Origin: Oscillospiraceae bacterium
Lineage (GTDB): Bacteria; Bacillota; Clostridia; Oscillospirales; Oscillospiraceae
DNA length: 64,000 bases
Direction of reading: 5' to 3'
Assembly: GCA_015068135.1 (NCBI GenBank)
Contig: SVLB01000002.1
Span: 16,632-80,631 of the forward strand
Positions 46,088-55,412 of this stretch are shown one piece after another. The translations under genes and the position numbers were made by a program. Position 1 is the stretch's first letter, and the number at the start of each line of letters is the position of its first letter. The notes below the pieces were generated by a model. The model had not been told where the DNA came from, did not search any database, and worked only from the letters and a program-made list of their open reading frames with translations.

Positions 46088-47650
46088 TCATTCTACGATC
46101 ACAGTGATTGTCTTCAAAACCCGGTCGCCCTGACCAATGGTCACAGTACCGGTACCGGCCTCCTTGGCATACAGCACAAAGGGGAACTCCACCGTCAGGT
46201 TGTCGCTGACGGTGATCTTCAGGTCGCTCACATGGAAGGGCTGTGGCATCAAGATCAGGGTCATGGTGTCGTGTACACGAAGCTTCACCGTCTCGCTGGC
46301 CTCCATAAAGAAGTCCGTGAGAATGCTTACAGACTGCGCCGTGACCTCGCCCCGCAGATGCTCATAAAAATGCTGGGCAATGTCCATACCGGAGGCATTA
46401 TAGGCCACCTGAGTCAGATGCACACCGTCAGAGAAAATATCATCCAGCAGGACCGGCTTGGAGACCGGCTCTGCATGGGTTTGGTAATCGATCTCCGGGA
46501 AGGTATCGGCAATGCCCTGGACAGAGCACCAGTCCCGGGTAGCCATGGAGGCTACAAAAGCCTTGGGATAGTCCTTCACGGCGCCCATGTAATAGTTGGC
46601 AGGCTTGTCGTACTGGTGCTTGTTGGTTGCGCCATTGGTCCAGCAGGGTACAAAGCCCACCGCATCCAGGGTCTCATTGCGGCCATCGTCATTTAGATCC
46701 ATTGCAGAAAGCGCAAAGCCCTCCAGCAAAGAGGCATACCAGGTATTTAATAGCTCATTGGTGCAGGAAACTTCCTTATAGGCAAAATTCGCCGCGCTGT
46801 GATACACCACCGCATAGTCCTTGAGCCGGAAATGCCCCGCCTTGATCTCATTGCGCAGAGTCATTTGGGCAGCAGCAACCAGGCTCATAGCCTGGGAGAA
46901 ATTCGGCTCGCCCTGGACCCATTCATTCAGGCATGAACCGCCCACAGCGGCATTGAGTACCCAAATCTTTTCCCCGGTAAGCTGATTCCACCGGTATGCC
47001 AAGCCACCGGCCTCACCCTGTACACCGCCGCCCACAGTCAGCGCGTCGATGCCGTTGGGGCGCTTGCTGGCATTGTAGCCAATGCCGGTGGAAGGATCCG
47101 GAAAGCCAGCCTGATCCTGCAGTACTGTGCTGTAGGCCTGGCCTTCTTCACATTTAACAGACTGGGCAGGTACGCCGGTCTGACCGGCACCCAGGCTGTG
47201 TCCGGTAATCAAAAAAAGAGAAATGGGAGCAGTGGACACCCGGACGGGATATTCCGTGCCGTCTGCCACTACGGTAGCCAGGCCACAGCCTACGGCGATC
47301 AGTCGGGAATTGGCCTGATCGTAGTACAGTACTTCCGTATCCGGCTCCTGAGTTCCCAGCTGCAAAGAGGTGACCTCCTCCGTGCGGATCTCAACAGAAG
47401 CAGGCTCGGCTCCCGTCAGCTCCAAAAGGCTCAGGCGGTCATCGTAGTATAGATTGGTTCTGCCGTCCTCCGGGATCACGGGGTCCGTTTCTTCGGGCTC
47501 TGTGACCGGCTCCGTTGTGGGCTGTGTAAGTAGTTGCGTGGTTTCCATAGGCTCCGTTGTCTCCTTGGTTTCGGTTGCAGTGGGTGCGGTCTCCGCGGCG
47601 CAGCCTGCAAGCAGGCATACACACAGCATGAATGCAATAAAAGATCGCAT
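46088..47650 (-). CDS. Lipoprotein with Ig-like/SGNH (CE6/SASA-like) esterase module; paralogue of the N-terminus of 19907..25303
   Basis: Lipobox LAGC, T/E/P linker, LFLITGHS, AVGGSCLNEW, DGVH; AAGGAGG RBS. Confidence 0.75.
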   Translation of the reverse strand: MRSFIAFMLCVCLLAGCAAETAPTATETKETTEPMETTQLLTQPTTEPVTEPEETDPVIPEDGRTNLYYDDRLSLLELTGAEPASVEIRTEEVTSLQLGTQEPDTEVLYYDQANSRLIAVGCGLATVVADGTEYPVRVSTAPISLFLITGHSLGAGQTGVPAQSVKCEEGQAYSTVLQDQAGFPDPSTGIGYNASKRPNGIDALTVGGGVQGEAGGLAYRWNQLTGEKIWVLNAAVGGSCLNEWVQGEPNFSQAMSLVAAAQMTLRNEIKAGHFRLKDYAVVYHSAANFAYKEVSCTNELLNTWYASLLEGFALSAMDLNDDGRNETLDAVGFVPCWTNGATNKHQYDKPANYYMGAVKDYPKAFVASMATRDWCSVQGIADTFPEIDYQTHAEPVSKPVLLDDIFSDGVHLTQVAYNASGMDIAQHFYEHLRGEVTAQSVSILTDFFMEASETVKLRVHDTMTLILMPQPFHVSDLKITVSDNLTVEFPFVLYAKEAGTGTVTIGQGDRVLKTITVIVE

Positions 47651-47818
47651 AAAATCCCTCCTTTTTCTTTTCATTATACCTTCCTTCCCAGCCTCTTGTC
47701 AATGACTACCCCTCTGAAAATCTCTCATCAGAATATACGGAAAAATGTATTTTCCCCTTTACCCCCGGAAAGAATTGTGTTATTATGTATGATGACTTAT
47801 TTTATGGAGAGATGCCAT

Positions 47819-50755
47819 ATGAAACTTCCCCGGTTAAATGAAAAAATAAAAGATTATACCTTTTTCGGATTTCTGATCCCCTTCCTGGCCATGCTGTTTG
47901 TGATGGCCGCCAACGATTTTACCCCCTTTGGCGATTCTTCCATGCTGTATTCGGACAAGTACCATCAGTACTTCCCGTTCTTTAAGGCCTTCCGGGAGAA
48001 TCTGCGCAACGGAGAATCTCTGCTTTACAGCTGGGATGTGGGCATGGGAATGGACTATTTGGGGCTGATCTCCTATTACCTGGCCTCCCCTTTGAATCTG
48101 CTCAGCGTGATCGTGCCGGATAGCTGGGTATTGGGCTATTTTGAAATGCTGGTGCCCATCCGTTTGGGTCTTGCCGGTCTGTTCTTTGCTCTGTTTTTGA
48201 AGAAGCTCTTCAAAAAGACCGATTTTTCCATTGCCATCTTCGGCAGCTTCTATGCCCTTTGCGCCTGGGCCTTGGGATATCAATGGAATGTGATGTGGAT
48301 GGATACCTTCGCATTGCTTCCTTTGGTGGCGCTGGGTACCGTCAGCCTTTTGAAGGATAAAAAGTTCATCCTTTACACCTTTACGCTGTTTTTATCTGTC
48401 TTCTCTAACTATTATATTGGATTTTTTACCTGCATTTTTGTCCTTTTGGTCTTTATCTGCTATGAGATCTGCCGCTGGGAGGGCTTCAAAAAGTTCTTTT
48501 TCGATCTTTGTCGGATCGCTCTGTTCTCCATTCTCGCCATCGGCATGACTGCCGTTTTGGAGCTTCCCACTTTGGCAGCCTTGGGAACCACCCAATCCAG
48601 TGTGAACAAATACCCCGAGGATTTCGCCCTGAACATGGCAGACCGGAAGCTGTATTCTCAGGTCAATGCCGCCTGGGATGCCGCCAAGGCCGCCTGGGAT
48701 GCCGGTACGATCAAAGAAGCCTTCAGCCAGGGCTGGATCGCCTTTAAAGGTGCTATGGCCGGTATTTGGGACGGTATGAAGATCTGCGCCGGTAATATGC
48801 AGGGCGGTCTTACCCCCACCTTTAAGGAAGGCTTCCCCAATCTGTACTGCGGTGTGGGTACGATCATCTTCGCTTTCCTGTTCCTGACCACCGGAAAGGT
48901 CAAGCTCCGGGATAAGATCTGCAGCGTGTTTTTACTGCTGTTCATTATGATCAGCTTTATTGTCCGTCAGCTGGACTATATCTGGCACGGATTCCATTTC
49001 ACCAATATGATCCCCTACCGGTTCAGCTTCCTTTACAGCTTCATCTTGCTGTATATGGCCTACCGGGCCTGGGTGATCCGCAGAAGCTTCAAGATCTGGC
49101 AGGTTGCCATTGCCTGCGGCCTTGCCATCTTCCTGACAGTCAGCTCCGATGCTTTGACCACCGCCCTGGACAAGATCAAAGATCCCTCTTTCCAGAGCAA
49201 TTACGACAAGCTCATGGATAAGTGGACCGGGTCCCAGTCGGATTTCGATGCCCTTGCCAAGCATATTTTGGTGTATGCTTACCCGGTGATCAACGGTGTG
49301 TTCCTGCTTTTGTATACAGGACTGCTGGGCGCTTACAGTTTCCCCGCCCTGGTCAAAAAGGGCGCAAAGAAGGACGCTTTGCAGATTTCTGCCCGTCGCC
49401 GCAGTTCCCGTCGCAGCCTTTGCACCTACGCCCTTCTGGCGGTCATGGGCTTTGAACTGGTAATAAACGTCTGCAACTATTCTTTGAACTTTACGGGAAC
49501 CAGTATCGTCAACTATCCCAAAGGGTTGCAGGATTCCGCCACCATCGTGGCAACCATGCACAAACGGGAAAAGGGCAATCTGTTCTACCGGGCAGAGACT
49601 ACTCACAGCCAAACCCTGAACGACGGTGCCCTCAACGGCTACAACGGCATTTCCACCTTTACAAGCTCTGCCAACGTAAAGGTCACGGAGTTTATGCGCA
49701 CTTTAGGCTACGGTGCGAAAAACACCTATAACCGCTATTGCTTCGAGGAAAGCTCTCCCGTTGCCAATCTGTTTTTGGGGCTGAAATATATGATCGAACG
49801 GGACGGCAAGGTGGAGCCCAACGCCTATTTTGACACCGTCGCCTCCTCCGGAAACGTTTACCTTTTGGAAAACAACGCCTATCTGCCCCTGGGCTTTTTG
49901 GCAGAATCGGAGCTTGCCGACCTCTCCTTCGAGAATTACAGCAGCCGTTTCTACTTCCAGAATCAGCTGATCCGTGCCGCCACAGGCATGGAGGAGGATG
50001 TTTGGTATCCCATCTACGAGGACTGTCTGCAGGTCGCCCCGGAGACGGAGCAGGTGACCCTGAAATCCGGCGCACAGAGCAGCACAGCCTCCTACTCTGC
50101 CACCGGGAAAGGTCCGCTGACCTTCACCTACACCTGCCCCATTGAAGGCTTCTTGTGCATCGATATCAATCAGACCAAGCGCAATTCCTATACCGTCTGG
50201 CACAACGGCGCACAGCTTTACAGCGAAAGCTACAGTCTGCCCCAAATGATCAGCGTCTGTGACGTGGTTCCCGGGGATACTGTGCAGATCAAGTTCTCCT
50301 GCACCTCCGGTGACAAGGGTTCTATTACGGTCCATGCCAATATTTTGGATGAAACAAAGTTCCGCGAGGCCTACGGCATTCTGAACACCTCCGTTTTGGA
50401 GCTGACAGAGTTTGACACCACCCGGATCAGTGGCACCATCCGGTGTGACCGGGATGGTCTTCTATACACTTCCATCCCGCAAAACGGGGATTGCTGGAGC
50501 GTCTGCGTGGACGGTAAGCCTGCCCAGATCCGGCTGGTCGGAGATGTGATGATCGGTGTGGAGCTGACCCAGGGTGAGCATACCGTTACCTTCCAATACA
50601 AGAATTCTGCCTTTACCCTGGGTCTTTGGGTCAGCTTGGGCTGTTTGGCCATTACCGTTGCCCTTTGGGTCCTTTGGTATAAACCGGACCTTAAGAAAGC
50701 CTCTCCCAAACGGCTTTGGAGCAAGGCAAAAGGACTGTTTCAAAAAAGCAAATGA
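47819..50755 (+). CDS. YfhO family membrane protein (GT-C glycosyltransferase-like)
   Basis: DKYHQYFPF, YYLASPLN, WHGFHFTNMIPYRFSF, TSIP...W...VDGK. Confidence 0.88.
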   Translation: MKLPRLNEKIKDYTFFGFLIPFLAMLFVMAANDFTPFGDSSMLYSDKYHQYFPFFKAFRENLRNGESLLYSWDVGMGMDYLGLISYYLASPLNLLSVIVPDSWVLGYFEMLVPIRLGLAGLFFALFLKKLFKKTDFSIAIFGSFYALCAWALGYQWNVMWMDTFALLPLVALGTVSLLKDKKFILYTFTLFLSVFSNYYIGFFTCIFVLLVFICYEICRWEGFKKFFFDLCRIALFSILAIGMTAVLELPTLAALGTTQSSVNKYPEDFALNMADRKLYSQVNAAWDAAKAAWDAGTIKEAFSQGWIAFKGAMAGIWDGMKICAGNMQGGLTPTFKEGFPNLYCGVGTIIFAFLFLTTGKVKLRDKICSVFLLLFIMISFIVRQLDYIWHGFHFTNMIPYRFSFLYSFILLYMAYRAWVIRRSFKIWQVAIACGLAIFLTVSSDALTTALDKIKDPSFQSNYDKLMDKWTGSQSDFDALAKHILVYAYPVINGVFLLLYTGLLGAYSFPALVKKGAKKDALQISARRRSSRRSLCTYALLAVMGFELVINVCNYSLNFTGTSIVNYPKGLQDSATIVATMHKREKGNLFYRAETTHSQTLNDGALNGYNGISTFTSSANVKVTEFMRTLGYGAKNTYNRYCFEESSPVANLFLGLKYMIERDGKVEPNAYFDTVASSGNVYLLENNAYLPLGFLAESELADLSFENYSSRFYFQNQLIRAATGMEEDVWYPIYEDCLQVAPETEQVTLKSGAQSSTASYSATGKGPLTFTYTCPIEGFLCIDINQTKRNSYTVWHNGAQLYSESYSLPQMISVCDVVPGDTVQIKFSCTSGDKGSITVHANILDETKFREAYGILNTSVLELTEFDTTRISGTIRCDRDGLLYTSIPQNGDCWSVCVDGKPAQIRLVGDVMIGVELTQGEHTVTFQYKNSAFTLGLWVSLGCLAITVALWVLWYKPDLKKASPKRLWSKAKGLFQKSK

Positions 50756-50884
50756 TCCCGCCTGTTCAATCTATGTAACACAGGGCGATAAGTAAAGAAA
50801 ACAACTGCAAGGCTTTGCGGGGGGCCCACCCTACGGATTCTCCTTAGCAGTGCTGTGCAAATATGGGAAAATCAATTTTCCCTC

Positions 50885-50913
50885 TTGTATTTTAATCGGA
50901 TTCGGTTTATAAT
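50885..50913 (+). promoter_or_regulatory. SigA promoter
   Basis: TTGTAT-N17-TATAAT. Confidence 0.6.
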
Positions 50914-50942
50914 AGCCGAGATAAATAAAGGAGGTCATTACT

Positions 50943-51173
50943 ATGGCTGTTAAGATTGAAAAGGATACCATTATTGGTGATGTTTTGGATGTGGCACCTC
51001 AGGCTGCTCCTCTATTCTTCGCCATCGGCATGCACTGCCTGGGCTGCCCCTCTTCCAGAGGCGAAACCGTTGAGGAAGCCTGCGCTGTTCACGGCATCGA
51101 GTGCGAGCCCTTCCTGGCTCAGCTGAACCATTTCCTGGAGGCTTACGAGGCCGACCAGGCACAGAAGCAGTAA
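50943..51173 (+). CDS. DUF1858 domain protein (hybrid-cluster-associated redox disulfide domain)
   Basis: GMHCLGCPSSRGETVEEACAVHGI; AAGGAGG RBS. Confidence 0.88.
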   Translation: MAVKIEKDTIIGDVLDVAPQAAPLFFAIGMHCLGCPSSRGETVEEACAVHGIECEPFLAQLNHFLEAYEADQAQKQ

Positions 51174-51183
51174 TGTGATCCTT

Positions 51184-51219
51184 GGATGCCATCCCACCGT
51201 AGGGATGGCATCCTTTTTT
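51184..51219 (+). terminator. Intrinsic terminator
   Basis: GGATGCCATCCC..GGGATGGCATCC-TTTTTT. Confidence 0.8.
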
Positions 51220-51229
51220 GAGGTGCAGT

Positions 51230-51925
51230 ATGAACATTCCCCTTTCCAACCGCCTTCTTGCCTGCGCCGGTTTTGTGAATCCCGGTGACCGGGTCGCGGA
51301 TATCGGCTGTGATCACGGCTATTTGGGCATTTATCTTTTGCAAAACGGTCTTGCTTCGGCGGTCATTGCCTCTGATGTAAACCAAGGGCCTTTGGACAGT
51401 GCCGTAAAAAATGCCGCAAAATTCGCTGTTTCGGAGAATATCCGCTTTTATCTTTCTGATGGGGTCAGAAATATTCCCCGGGAGTTTGACACCATGGTAT
51501 GCGCCGGAATGGGTGCGGATACTATGATCTCCATTCTGGAGGCTGCTCCCTGGCTGAAAAGCAAGCAGTACCGGCTGATCCTGCAATGCCAGTCCCGGCG
51601 GCCCGCTTTGCGGCGATATTTATCTGATAACGGCTGGTGTATCCTTCGGGAGACCCTGGCCCGGGACGGCAAGTTTCTCTATCCCGTTATGGAAGTAGTC
51701 TTTTCCCCCGCTCCTCCACTGACCGAGGCACAGACCCATATCAGCCCCGCTCTGCTGGAGAGTAACTCTCCGTTACTTCCCGACTTTTTCCAGCGGATCA
51801 CCCAGGGCATCCGATCCACCGTAGATGGTCTGACCCGTTCCGGGGATACGGAAAAAGCCGCACAGTTTTCGGACGTCTTGGAAGAATTGAAGAAAATGTA
51901 CGAAAATCGACAAACTGGAATTTGA
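51230..51925 (+). CDS. trmK: tRNA A22 N1-methyltransferase
   Basis: LSNRL, VADIGCDHGYL, SDVNQGPL, AGMG; upstream of a Nif3-like gene. Confidence 0.9.
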   Translation: MNIPLSNRLLACAGFVNPGDRVADIGCDHGYLGIYLLQNGLASAVIASDVNQGPLDSAVKNAAKFAVSENIRFYLSDGVRNIPREFDTMVCAGMGADTMISILEAAPWLKSKQYRLILQCQSRRPALRRYLSDNGWCILRETLARDGKFLYPVMEVVFSPAPPLTEAQTHISPALLESNSPLLPDFFQRITQGIRSTVDGLTRSGDTEKAAQFSDVLEELKKMYENRQTGI

Positions 51926-51940
51926 ATTACGGAGGAACCT

Positions 51941-52732
51941 ATGGCAACTGTAAAGGATATTTTAGCTTGTATCGAGGGGTTTGCCCCCACATATATGAAA
52001 GAAGACTGGGATCGGGTGGGACTGAACTGTGGGCGCACCGACGCGCCTGTGACAAAGATCCTGGTAGCCCTGGATCCCTTCAAGGAGGCCTGCCGGGAAG
52101 CGAAAGAACTGGGGGCTGAGCTTTTGGTCACCCACCACGCCCTTCTTTGGGAGCCGGGATTCATTACCGACGAAACGGAGCAGGGACGAAATGCGCTGTT
52201 TCTCATGGAAAACCGGATCGCCCACATCAATGCCCACACCAATCTGGACTGCGCCCCCGGCGGCGTCAACGATACCCTGGCACAAAAGCTGGGTCTTTCG
52301 GAGGTGAGTGTGGTAGATCCCGTGGGAACGGATAAAGACGGCAACCCCTACGGTCTGCTTCGCATGGGTACTGTCCCCCAGCAGTCCCTGGAAGGCTTTT
52401 TAAGCAATGTTAAGAATGCCCTGGGGTGTGAGGGTCTTAAGTATGTCAGCGGTGGCAAGCCGGTACACAGGGTCTGTGTGGGCGGCGGCGGTTGCGGCGG
52501 TGAGTTAAAGCACGCCATTGCCGCAGGCTGTGATACCTTCGTTACCTCCGATCTGCGCTACAATATGTTCCGGGATGCCTATGATCTGGGGATCAACCTG
52601 ATCGATGCTGGGCATTTCCATACAGAAAACCCTGTCTGCCGGGTTTTGGCACAGAAGCTTCAGGAGGCTTTTCCGGAAATTCAGGTGATTTTGTCAAAAA
52701 ACCACGCCGATCCCGGAAAATTCTACGTTTAA
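51941..52732 (+). CDS. Nif3-like dinuclear metal centre protein
   Basis: WDRVGL, VTHH, HTNLD, DAGHFHTE. Confidence 0.93.
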   Translation: MATVKDILACIEGFAPTYMKEDWDRVGLNCGRTDAPVTKILVALDPFKEACREAKELGAELLVTHHALLWEPGFITDETEQGRNALFLMENRIAHINAHTNLDCAPGGVNDTLAQKLGLSEVSVVDPVGTDKDGNPYGLLRMGTVPQQSLEGFLSNVKNALGCEGLKYVSGGKPVHRVCVGGGGCGGELKHAIAAGCDTFVTSDLRYNMFRDAYDLGINLIDAGHFHTENPVCRVLAQKLQEAFPEIQVILSKNHADPGKFYV

Positions 52733-52808
52733 GTGTTGAAATCTTTCAAGTAATGTGCTAAAATATATCCGATTTTTTGATAACTAACCTTAAGAGAGGA
52801 AGAATACT

Positions 52809-53546
52809 ATGTCCGGACATTCCAAATGGCATAACATCCAAAAAACCAAGGGTGCGCAGGATGCCAAGCGCGCTGCCGCCTTTACCAAGATCGCCAAGGA
52901 GCTGATCGTGGCCGTGAAGGAGGGCGGCGGTATTACCGACCCCGCCAACAACTCCCGTTTGGCTACCGTCATCACCAAGGCCAAGGCCGCCAATATGCCC
53001 AACGATAACATCAAGCGCTGCCTGGAAAAGGCCGCCGGTGCCGGCGGCGGCGACAGCTACGAGACCATCACCTACGAAGGCTACGGCCCCGGCGGTGTGG
53101 CTGTGATCGTAGAGACCATGACCGACAACCGCAACCGTACCGCAGGCTCCATGCGCCATCACTTTGATAAGTTCGGCGGCAACCTGGGCGCTTCCGGCTG
53201 CGTGAGCTGGAGCTTCGACAAGAAGGGCGTGCTGGTCATCGACAACGAAGACGGCGACTATGACGAGGATACCGTCATGATGGACGCTATGGACTGCGGC
53301 GCTGACGATTTCGAGGCTGAGGAAGACTGCTTCACCGTCTACACCGATCCCGACGATTTCAACGCCGTTGCCGAAGCCATGACCGCCAAGAAGTACACCT
53401 TCGCCTCTGCCCAGATCGAAATGGTTCCCCAGAACTATCAGAAGCTGGAAAGTGAAGAGCACATCAAGCTCATGGAAAAGCTCATCGACATCATGGAAGA
53501 AGATGACGATGTGCAGAACGTCTGGCACAACTGGGAGCAGGAATAA
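52809..53546 (+). CDS. YebC/PmpR family protein
   Basis: MSGHSKWHNI, YEGYGPGG, TDNRNRT, DDVQNVWHN. Confidence 0.96.
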   Translation: MSGHSKWHNIQKTKGAQDAKRAAAFTKIAKELIVAVKEGGGITDPANNSRLATVITKAKAANMPNDNIKRCLEKAAGAGGGDSYETITYEGYGPGGVAVIVETMTDNRNRTAGSMRHHFDKFGGNLGASGCVSWSFDKKGVLVIDNEDGDYDEDTVMMDAMDCGADDFEAEEDCFTVYTDPDDFNAVAEAMTAKKYTFASAQIEMVPQNYQKLESEEHIKLMEKLIDIMEEDDDVQNVWHNWEQE

Positions 53547-53559
53547 GTTTGTATAAATA

Positions 53560-53598
53560 AGGGGCGGGCTCATTCTTTTCAGCAATGAGTCAGCCCCT
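53560..53598 (+). terminator. Hairpin after the YebC-family gene
   Basis: AGGGGC-GGGCTCATT...AATGAGTCAGCCCCT imperfect stem. Confidence 0.5.
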
Positions 53599-53648
53599 GT
53601 TCATTTAGAAATTCTACGTCCCACAGACGACGAAACCACTCATAAACA

Positions 53649-53695
53649 AGGCTGTCATCCCTCCCAGCGCACACGCCTGGTCGGGATGACAGCCT
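53649..53695. repeat. GTCA-type REP-like hairpin
   Basis: AGGCTGTCATCCC...GGGATGACAGCCT. Confidence 0.5.
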
Positions 53696-53755
53696 CGCTA
53701 TATAGTGCAATACGCCTTTCATGAATCAGGTGCCAGCATATTGCGTTATTTCTGT

Positions 53756-54574
53756 TCAGTATCCAGCAATTTTTTGATATCGCTGAATATTATCTTTATA
53801 TTCATTTGCATCGGAAATGTAGGAATTTAAGTTGCCGCTTGGGTCAAGTGCGTGATCTGCGTAAAGACTACTCTCAATCCACCAGTTTTGAAGTGCATCC
53901 ATTTCTGTGCTATATTCTTTAGAATAATCCTTCACCATAACATCTATAAAAGCTTTTATGGATTCGTGTGAATCTTCTATGTTTTTAATAGATTGCACAT
54001 AGGATTTGCATTTTTCTTCTGTTTCAGTTATTTTGCTTGAACTAAAACTAAAAAAGTTTTCACCAAAATATTCCTTATCAACCGCATATCCTGCAACCCA
54101 AAAGACATAAAGGGCATCATCTGAGCCGTATCTACTAATCATTCCGTCATAACCTATTTCACCAGCGATAATTACATCTTCTTGATAAGTCAAAAAATCG
54201 GACGCACCTACATTATCCCAAATGGTAACATTACCACTGATAACATGCTCGGTGTTCAAATTCATATATTGAATGGAAAGCGCAGCCCATTTGTATTCAT
54301 TTTCAAACAAACGAGTTCGTTCAGTCTCAAAAGTTTGCCAGTTCTCTACTTTGTCTTGTTCCTCGGCAGACAATGCGTTATATGCTACTTCAACAGCATC
54401 TATTTTTTCTCTTGCAATGTCAATTTCATCATAGTTCTCCATTGGAAGTTCCGGAAGATCTGCAATCATTTTTTCAACATTCTCAACAGCCTCGCTCTTT
54501 TTCTGCATGTCTCCGCAAGATGCAAAGGAAATGCACATTACAGCAGCCAAGAGAAGCATAATCATTTTCTTCAT
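53756..54574 (-). CDS. Hypothetical lipoprotein, AT-rich
   Basis: MKKMIMLLLAAVMCISFASC lipobox; GAAAGG RBS; helical repeat AYNALSAEEQDKVEN. Confidence 0.75.
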   Translation of the reverse strand: MKKMIMLLLAAVMCISFASCGDMQKKSEAVENVEKMIADLPELPMENYDEIDIAREKIDAVEVAYNALSAEEQDKVENWQTFETERTRLFENEYKWAALSIQYMNLNTEHVISGNVTIWDNVGASDFLTYQEDVIIAGEIGYDGMISRYGSDDALYVFWVAGYAVDKEYFGENFFSFSSSKITETEEKCKSYVQSIKNIEDSHESIKAFIDVMVKDYSKEYSTEMDALQNWWIESSLYADHALDPSGNLNSYISDANEYKDNIQRYQKIAGY

Positions 54575-54715
54575 GTTTGTATTCAACCTTTCTATGATAG
54601 AATTTGGCCTCGAAATGGATATTGTTAATTTACGCATATCGAGGCATGGAGGAAACGCTTTGTGCTATTTCTGTTATGAAAATGCAAAAGCAGATCAATC
54701 TCACCTGTGAAACTA

Positions 54716-54763
54716 ATTATAGTAAATATATTTACTAAAGTCAATAGTAAACTTGTTTACTAT
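54716..54763. promoter_or_regulatory. Two AGTAAA-N4-TTTACT palindromic operators overlapping a leftward SigA promoter
   Basis: TAGTAAATATATTTACTA (54720-54737) and ATAGTAAACTTGTTTACTAT (54744-54763); minus strand TTGACT-N17-TATAAT at 54744-54716. Confidence 0.7.
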
Positions 54764-54803
54764 GTTAAATTGTCTACATGCTGGCTATGAAAGGGAGTTT
54801 GGT

Positions 54804-55043
54804 ATGTTGACTTATATAGACAGGCTTCGCGGACTTCGCGAGGATTACGATTTGACCCAGGCCCAAATTGCGGAGATCCTTGGCACTTCTCAAACCATGT
54901 ATGCACGTTACGAACGTGGTGCCAACGAGTTGCCAATTCGTCATTTCATCACTCTATGTAAATTCTATAATGTTTCTGCCGACTTTCTGCTGGGCACCAC
55001 ACCAAATCCCGCACGAAAACAAAAAAGAATCATTCACCCATAA
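54804..55043 (+). CDS. XRE family helix-turn-helix regulator
   Basis: RLRGLREDYDLTQAQIAEILG...YARYERG...YNVSADFLLG. Confidence 0.92.
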   Translation: MLTYIDRLRGLREDYDLTQAQIAEILGTSQTMYARYERGANELPIRHFITLCKFYNVSADFLLGTTPNPARKQKRIIHP

Positions 55044-55289
55044 CGACTGCGGTCTCCGGCGGCAGTATTGATATCATAGTCCTTTCTTCTTGTTGTATAT
55101 CGTAATGTGTTTTCAGAAAACGCAAAAATGGGGCTGTTGCAGTTCAAAAAAATGCCACTGATAGTCTATTGACTCCCAGTGGCATTTTTCTTATATGTTA
55201 CATTTTATATCATTGATTCATTCTACGGGCAGTCACGGCGAACGAGCTTTGCAATCCTCATCTGCTTACCGTAACACAGTATAGGAGGA

Positions 55290-55330
55290 CGGATTGCCAC
55301 GACCAGTTTGCGAACTGGTCTCGCAATGAC
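55290..55330. repeat. GTCA-type REP-like sequence
   Basis: GGATTGCCAC-GACCAGTTTGCGAACTGGTC-TCGCAATGAC. Confidence 0.6.
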
Positions 55331-55412
55331 GCTCAGAAGGTCCAGCATTGGGCATTTGGAATTTGGCATTCGGCATTTTCATAGTAATGATGCGCAGAAG
55401 GCTCTGTATTTA

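Noticed and set aside
47534-47818. 95-aa N-terminal extension of the YfhO ORF in the track
   Set aside because: It overlaps the divergent lipoprotein gene; ATG 47819 has a GGAGA RBS and starts the recognisable protein.
50890-50905. TTTAATCGGATTCGG also found at about 55835
   Set aside because: One copy is a promoter spacer and the other the last codons of a CDS; no mobile element lies between them, so probably chance.
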